Below are positions 58,560-64,000 of a stretch of DNA of 64,000 bases, in pieces. The stretch spans positions 4,991-68,990 of the forward strand of contig CAZUKY010000005.1 in the NCBI GenBank assembly GCA_964621085.1, given 5' to 3'. Within the stretch, counting starts at the first letter, position 1. Every line of letters starts with the position of its first letter. Position numbers and translations under genes: made by a program. The notes below the pieces were generated by a model. That model was not told where the DNA came from and did no database searches. It was given only the letters and a program-made list of their open reading frames with translations. The DNA is from an uncultured Gammaproteobacteria bacterium (lineage in GTDB: Bacteria > Patescibacteriota > Patescibacteriia > JACQRZ01).

Positions 58560-61283
58560 ATGAACAACCGGTCGCTCGAGAAAACATACGACTCGACATC
58601 TGTAGAGGATGCAATATATGCGGAATGGGAGTCGTCCGGCTATTTTAATCCGGACAACCTCCCACACGCGAAAGAGCCCTACAGCATCGCAATGCCGCCG
58701 CCGAACGCGACGGGCATGCTGCACCTCGGCCATGCCTCGATGTTGGTGATCCAGGATGTTCTGATCAGATTTCACCGGATGCTCGGAAGAAAGACGCTCT
58801 GGCTTCCCGGCACCGACCATGCCTCTATTGCAACGCAAAATAAGGTTGAAAAACTTCTGGCAAAGGAGGGAAAGACTCGGCAGGAGCTTGGGCGAGAAGC
58901 ATTTTTGGAACAGGTGGCAGCGTATGTCGCAGAGTCGCGCGGGACGATTCGGAACCAGATCAAGAAGATGGGAGCAAGCTGCGACTGGTCGCGGGAGCGC
59001 TATACGCTTGACGAAGGCCTGTCACGGTCCGTCAGTACCGCATTCGTCCGCATGTACGAGGAAGGCCTTATTTATCGGGATTATCGTATGGTCAACTGGT
59101 GCCCGCGCTGCACCTCAACGCTCGCAGACGACGAGGTTGAGCATGAGCCGCAGGCCGGTACGCTCTATACCATCAACTATCCGGTCCGCAACTCGTCCGA
59201 CTCGATCCCAGTGGCAACCACGCGACCGGAAACACTTCTCGGCGACACGGCGATCGCCGTCAATCCTGATGACCCGCGATACGCGTGGGCCATTGGGTCG
59301 ACCGCGGTTCTCCCGCTTGTCGGGCGCGAAATTCCGATTATTGCAGATGAGTACGTGGAAAAGGAGTTCGGCACCGGCGCTCTCAAGGTCACGCCAGCCC
59401 ATGATCCCAACGACTTCGCGCTCGGAAAAAAGTATCATCTGCCAACGGTCAAGGTTCTCGATGAGATTGGACGCATCAGTCTCGATGAGTTGCGCGCAGG
59501 GGGATTTGATCTTTCCATATTGAAAGGTCTGGAGGGAATGGACCGATTTGAGGCACGATCCGCGATCACCGACCTCCTTTCTGATCACGGGTATCTTAAA
59601 AAAACCGAGGATATTCATCATGCCGTCGGCACGTGCTACCGCTGCGATACCGTTATCGAGCCATCGATTTCGCTGCAATGGTTTATCGATGTGAATCGTC
59701 CGGTTCCCTCACTGGATAACAAGACGCTGAAGGATGTTTCCATCGACACGGTTGCCACGGGCGCAACGCGCATCATACCGAAGCGTTTTGAAAAGCTGTA
59801 CTACCACTGGGTCAACAACCTGCGTGACTGGTGCATCTCGCGCCAGATATGGTTCGGCCATCAGTTGCCGGTGTACTACTGCCGTTCTGAAGAAGGGGGT
59901 TGCGGTGAGACGATCGTTTCGGTTGAAATGCCGCGGATCTGCCCAGCGTGCAAAAACGCTGATCTGGTGCGCGATACCGATACGCTGGATACGTGGTTTT
60001 CCTCGGGACTGTGGACATTTTCCACCCTTGGCTGGCCCGACACCGTCGAAACCAAGCATGGAAAAGTAGTGAAAAAGGGTGAGCTTCAAACCTACCATCC
60101 GACCTCCGTTCTCGAGACCGGTTACGATATTCTCACGTTCTGGGTCGCACGCATGATCCTTATGTCCAGGTATTTCATGCACGAGGAACCATTCACGGAC
60201 GTGTACCTGCATGGCCTCGTCCTCGACAAAAATGGGAAGAAGATGAGCAAGTCAAAGGAGGAAACCGCCATCGACCCGCTTGCGATGATCGAAAAATACG
60301 GCGCAGACGCGCTGCGACTTTCCATGCTGGTCGGCGTGACGCCGGGAAGCGACGTACGCCTCTACGAGGAGAAGATCGCAAGCTACCGGAACTTCATCAA
60401 CAAGCTATGGAACATCAGCCGCTTTATTCTCGAGTTCGGCATATCAGACGAAAGTGCGCACGCAAAGCATCTCACGCTGTCAGACCGGTGGATCATCTCG
60501 CGCATGAACCGCGCGATCGCTGATGTCACGCGCATGATCACACACTACCAATTGTCTCAGGCAGCGGAGACGCTTCGCGTCTTCACGTGGGACGAGCTTG
60601 CCGACTGGTATCTTGAGATTGCAAAAATCGAAAAAGGAAAGCAAGAAACACTTGCTCGCATTCTGGAAACGCTGCTTGCGCTCTGGCACCCGTTTACGCC
60701 GTTTGTCACCGAATATCTCTTCAAAAACATCGCTGCATCGGACAAAAAGCACGCCGCCAACCTTCTCATGATCCACTCGTGGCCCCAGACGCATGCAAAG
60801 GAAGTGTCGCAGGCCGACGAGGAACGTTTTGCGGCACTCCAAGGCGCGATCCAGGCGATCCGCAACGCGCGCGCAGAGCACGGCATCCCTCCCAGTCAAA
60901 AAATCCAGGCGTACTACATCCCGTCCGCGCACGCGAAGAGTCTGATCTCAGAAAACGCCTCGGTGATAAAGGGACTTGCGCGGCTTGATATATTCGAGGC
61001 GGTGCACAACGGGGAACGTCCGGAACACGCCCTCTATATCAAGACCGAGTGCATGGAGATCTACCTTCCGCTCGGCATGATGAAAATCGAGGAAGAGCGT
61101 GCGCGACTCGCGAAAGAGGCGGAAAACTTCACGCGACACATCGCCGCTATCAAGGGCCGGCTCGAAAACCAAGAGTTTGCGCAACGCGCGCCCAAGCATA
61201 TCATTGAAAAAGAGCGGGAAAAGTTGGCCGATTACGAGACAGGACTCCTCAAGACAAACGAGCAATTGGAGAAACTGTCGTAG
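58560..61283 (+). CDS. valS: Valine--tRNA ligase
   Basis: Class I HIGH (HLGHA) and KMSKS motifs, editing domain, C-terminal coiled-coil. Confidence 0.95.
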   Translation: MNNRSLEKTYDSTSVEDAIYAEWESSGYFNPDNLPHAKEPYSIAMPPPNATGMLHLGHASMLVIQDVLIRFHRMLGRKTLWLPGTDHASIATQNKVEKLLAKEGKTRQELGREAFLEQVAAYVAESRGTIRNQIKKMGASCDWSRERYTLDEGLSRSVSTAFVRMYEEGLIYRDYRMVNWCPRCTSTLADDEVEHEPQAGTLYTINYPVRNSSDSIPVATTRPETLLGDTAIAVNPDDPRYAWAIGSTAVLPLVGREIPIIADEYVEKEFGTGALKVTPAHDPNDFALGKKYHLPTVKVLDEIGRISLDELRAGGFDLSILKGLEGMDRFEARSAITDLLSDHGYLKKTEDIHHAVGTCYRCDTVIEPSISLQWFIDVNRPVPSLDNKTLKDVSIDTVATGATRIIPKRFEKLYYHWVNNLRDWCISRQIWFGHQLPVYYCRSEEGGCGETIVSVEMPRICPACKNADLVRDTDTLDTWFSSGLWTFSTLGWPDTVETKHGKVVKKGELQTYHPTSVLETGYDILTFWVARMILMSRYFMHEEPFTDVYLHGLVLDKNGKKMSKSKEETAIDPLAMIEKYGADALRLSMLVGVTPGSDVRLYEEKIASYRNFINKLWNISRFILEFGISDESAHAKHLTLSDRWIISRMNRAIADVTRMITHYQLSQAAETLRVFTWDELADWYLEIAKIEKGKQETLARILETLLALWHPFTPFVTEYLFKNIAASDKKHAANLLMIHSWPQTHAKEVSQADEERFAALQGAIQAIRNARAEHGIPPSQKIQAYYIPSAHAKSLISENASVIKGLARLDIFEAVHNGERPEHALYIKTECMEIYLPLGMMKIEEERARLAKEAENFTRHIAAIKGRLENQEFAQRAPKHIIEKEREKLADYETGLLKTNEQLEKLS

Positions 61284-61314
61284 CGTGTTTCATACATGAA
61301 CAAATGGCATCACC

Positions 61315-63111
61315 ATGGGACAAAAAAAAGCACAAAAGATATCTGACCCTTTTGCGCACCTTACCGCACTCGCTGCCGCGCATATTAGGAATGCCGCGAA
61401 AACCGTCTGGGACGCAAAAATTTCCGTTTCGCCGGAGTTGATCGAGATTCCGCCGCAGCCCGAGTTGGGCGATTGCGCGTTTCCCTGCTTTTCTCTGGCA
61501 AAAGAACTAAAAACTGCTCCTGCCGTCATCGCGCAAAAAATCGCCGAGGTGTCGCCCAAGGCATCAGAAATCCCCTTGACTGTCGCTGCTGCGGGGCCGT
61601 ATGTTAATTTCTTTTTCGACCCGCGCGCACTTGCTTCCATTCTCTTGAAAAGCGATACGGAAAGTCTCTGTGGACTAGGCGACGGAAAGAAAGAGCGCGT
61701 CTGCATCGAGTACGTCTCGCCGAATACCAACAAGCCGCTTCATCTCGGGCATGTGAGGAACGCCGTACTCGGCGACGCGGTCGCCCGAATCCTCGAGTGC
61801 GCCGGGAACGACGTCGTCCGTACCAGCCTAGTCAACGACCGCGGAATCCATATCTGCAAGTCGATGGTTGCGTATGCGCGCATCAGAGGCTTGAACGGAA
61901 AGGTGGCGCCAGGATACGAAGATCCTGGCGCAGATCCGAAAACTGCAGGCAAGAAGGGCGATCATCTTGTCGGCGACTACTACGTCTTATACGAAAAAAT
62001 TTTGAAGGATGACTCATCCATCGAGGAGTGCGCTCAAGAATGTCTGCGACAGTGGGAAGCAGGCGAGAAAAAAACGCGCGCGGTATGGAAAAAAATGAAT
62101 CACTGGGTTCTTGCAGGCATGGCGAGTACGTATGCGCGCCTTGGCGTCTCTTTCGACAAGACCTACTTTGAAAGCGAGATCTATCTCGAAGGTAAAAGCA
62201 TCATTCTCTCCGCGCTCAAGAAGGGACGCGTGCGTCGCGATGATACCGGCGCCGTAATCGCAGACCTCGCCGAGTTCGGCTTACCCGAAAAAGTGCTCTT
62301 GCGACGAGACGGCACGACACTGTATATCACGCAAGACATCTACTTGGCCGTGCAAAAGAAAAAAGATTTCTCTTTCGACAGCTCGCTGTATGTTGTCGGG
62401 TCGGAGCAAAATCTCTACCTCAAGCAGCTGTTTGCCGTCCTAAAAAAAATCGGCTATGGCTGGGCAGAACGGCTGACCCACCTCAGCTACGGCATGGTCA
62501 ACCTTCCCGAGGGAAAGATGAAGTCCCGCGAGGGCACGGTCGTGGATGCCGATGACATTTTGGACGAGCTTGAGCGTTTAGCCGCGGAAGAGATTACGCA
62601 GCGCGATCCCGATCTGGGGAAGCGCGAGGTTGAAAAACGAAAGCGCGCAATCGCACTGGCTGCGCTGAAATTTTACATGCTCGATGTGAGCCCATCATCG
62701 GACATGACGTTCAACCCAAAGGAGTCGATCGCCTTTCAGGGTCGCACCGGCCCCTACCTACTCTACACCTACGCGCGCATCGCGAGCATTTTGCGAAAGG
62801 CTCCGCACAGATCTGCCGCGCCCTCAGCCACTCCTTCCGATTACGACTGGGCTCCGGAAAAACAGCTGCTGTTACTGCTTTCTCGCTTCCCATCAGCAGC
62901 GAAGCGCGCGGCAGCCGAATATGCGCCATCACATGTCGCGGCGCACATGTACGCGCTTGCGAAAGCGCTGAATGACTACTATCATTCAACACAGGTACTG
63001 AGCGGCGCACCCGATGTACGGGATGATCGCCTGCGTCTGTTACGCACGGTCGCGGATACACTAAAAACAGGACTAGGCCTTCTCGGCATTCAAACAATCG
63101 AGAAGATGTGA
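61315..63111 (+). CDS. argS: Arginine--tRNA ligase
   Basis: ArgRS N-terminal domain, HLGH motif (PLHLGHVRNAVLGD) and DALR anticodon-binding domain. Confidence 0.95.
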   Translation: MGQKKAQKISDPFAHLTALAAAHIRNAAKTVWDAKISVSPELIEIPPQPELGDCAFPCFSLAKELKTAPAVIAQKIAEVSPKASEIPLTVAAAGPYVNFFFDPRALASILLKSDTESLCGLGDGKKERVCIEYVSPNTNKPLHLGHVRNAVLGDAVARILECAGNDVVRTSLVNDRGIHICKSMVAYARIRGLNGKVAPGYEDPGADPKTAGKKGDHLVGDYYVLYEKILKDDSSIEECAQECLRQWEAGEKKTRAVWKKMNHWVLAGMASTYARLGVSFDKTYFESEIYLEGKSIILSALKKGRVRRDDTGAVIADLAEFGLPEKVLLRRDGTTLYITQDIYLAVQKKKDFSFDSSLYVVGSEQNLYLKQLFAVLKKIGYGWAERLTHLSYGMVNLPEGKMKSREGTVVDADDILDELERLAAEEITQRDPDLGKREVEKRKRAIALAALKFYMLDVSPSSDMTFNPKESIAFQGRTGPYLLYTYARIASILRKAPHRSAAPSATPSDYDWAPEKQLLLLLSRFPSAAKRAAAEYAPSHVAAHMYALAKALNDYYHSTQVLSGAPDVRDDRLRLLRTVADTLKTGLGLLGIQTIEKM

Positions 63112-63144
63112 TCATATAATACCTCTAAGGAGAGCGCAGAAACT

Positions 63145-63366
63145 ATGGACTTCATTGCCGGAATCACTGCACTTGCACTCCTTGGAGTATGGGCGATCTT
63201 CTCTCTCATCATCGCCATCATGCTTCTTGCGTACAAAGTGCGCTCGTCATTCGCCTGGACATCGATCGGCATGTACGCTGTTATCGCAACGCCCCTTGTC
63301 CTCTTTGCCATCGATCGCGCCTTTGATGCGCTGGAGGCATCTTCATGCGACTTTTTGATTTGCTAA
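63145..63366 (+). CDS. Hypothetical small membrane protein
   Basis: 73 aa with two hydrophobic helices. Confidence 0.4.
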   Translation: MDFIAGITALALLGVWAIFSLIIAIMLLAYKVRSSFAWTSIGMYAVIATPLVLFAIDRAFDALEASSCDFLIC

Positions 63367-63391
63367 CGCGACGTGAAAACTTCTCTCTCGT

Positions 63392-63976
63392 ATGCGCTCG
63401 CCCTTTGACGGAACAGCCATTGCCCGCATCCATCGCCATCCCGTCGTCCTTCTCATCGACCTCATTCCGATTGCGCTTCTTTTTATCGCTCCGCTCTTTC
63501 TTGCAGCCGTCGCCGGATCGATCAATGGCAGCTTTTCCCTGATCGATGAGATCACATCGCTCCTGCCGCTTGTCGGTGCGATCTATTATCTGTATACTCT
63601 CCTCTTCGCTTTTTATATCTTTTTCGATTACTTCTGCGATGAGTGGATCATTACCAATGACTACATCTACGACATCGAACAGAAAGCGCTCTTCAACCGC
63701 AGCGTCTCAAAGCAGGAAATCCACCGCATTCAGGATATGAAGGTCGAGCGGCAAGGCATTCTGGCGACCCTGTTCGGATACGGCGACATTACGATCCAGT
63801 CCGCGGGCGAACAACAGCAGATTTTTTTCAAGCAGGTGCCGATGCCCAGCAGGATCATCGGTCAGATTACCGAACTTTTGGAACGTGAACGAAAACGTCA
63901 CCATCAGGCGACACATTCGGAGACGCCGCACAACCAAACTGCCGCGCATGAATCCAATCAAAAAATGGCCGCATAA
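63392..63976 (+). CDS. Bacterial PH-domain (YdbS/YdbT-like, DUF304) membrane protein
   Basis: Two TM helices followed by a bPH-like region (DITIQSAGEQQQIFFKQV). Confidence 0.6.
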   Translation: MRSPFDGTAIARIHRHPVVLLIDLIPIALLFIAPLFLAAVAGSINGSFSLIDEITSLLPLVGAIYYLYTLLFAFYIFFDYFCDEWIITNDYIYDIEQKALFNRSVSKQEIHRIQDMKVERQGILATLFGYGDITIQSAGEQQQIFFKQVPMPSRIIGQITELLERERKRHHQATHSETPHNQTAAHESNQKMAA

Positions 63977-64000
63977 CCGGCCATTTTTTTGCTGATGATC

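Noticed and set aside
58415-58560. T-box or other leader element upstream of valS
   Set aside because: No T-box consensus (AATTAGGGTGGTACCGCG-like) or specifier/antiterminator architecture. Only an AT-rich promoter-like tract.
1-64000. CRISPR arrays, rRNA operons, IS/transposase or integrase genes
   Set aside because: No regularly spaced direct repeats, no rRNA-like conserved stretches, and no DDE/tyrosine-recombinase motifs were seen on either strand.

Overview
This 64-kb window is bacterial chromosome at about 55% GC. It is densely coded and contains no rRNA, CRISPR array or recognisable transposase or integrase. The gene content (split transketolase, H+-pyrophosphatase, a lone PilB, HNH endonuclease, TrmB-family regulators, many secreted hypothetical proteins, tRNAs with encoded CCA) is consistent with a reduced-genome bacterium, possibly Patescibacteria/CPR; that is inference only.

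Confident housekeeping calls:
- DNA and RNA metabolism: ruvB, tsaE/tsaD, rlmH, rnhB, nusA, valS, argS.
- Envelope and proteostasis: ftsH, rpsA, hppA, pilB, ccdA.
- Sugar-phosphate cluster: fba, a PfkB kinase, rpiB, rpe and a split transketolase.
- Others: an ABC exporter convergent with an HlyD-type adaptor, an M23 peptidase, a VanW-like protein, a Fur-family regulator, Hsp20, and two GT2 glycosyltransferases.
- RNA genes: a one-piece tmRNA (10209-10564, minus) and four tRNAs: Glu-TTC, Gly-GCC, Leu-TAA, and an unusual Ile-TAT.

Observations worth a second look:
1. Two paralogous TrmB-like regulators, each the last gene of a housekeeping operon. Each is convergent with a structured noncoding transcript of about 320-460 nt driven by a near-consensus sigma70 promoter and carrying consensus SD-ATG micro-ORFs.
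2. A compositionally foreign island (about 65% GC, 10565-12560) with a two-gene operon, wedged between the tmRNA and the second TrmB module.
3. A 7.2-kb minus-strand cluster of four secreted/anchored proteins. Three share a paralogous N-terminal domain with TasA/camelysin-like motifs, and one is DUF916-like with a C-terminal anchor.
4. A CBS-domain protein fused to an HPF/RaiA-like ribosome-hibernation domain.
5. A promoter-driven Cys-rich 71-aa protein.
6. An AT-rich HNH endonuclease inserted between tktB and tRNA-Leu.
7. A DHOD-fold protein whose catalytic motif is degenerate.
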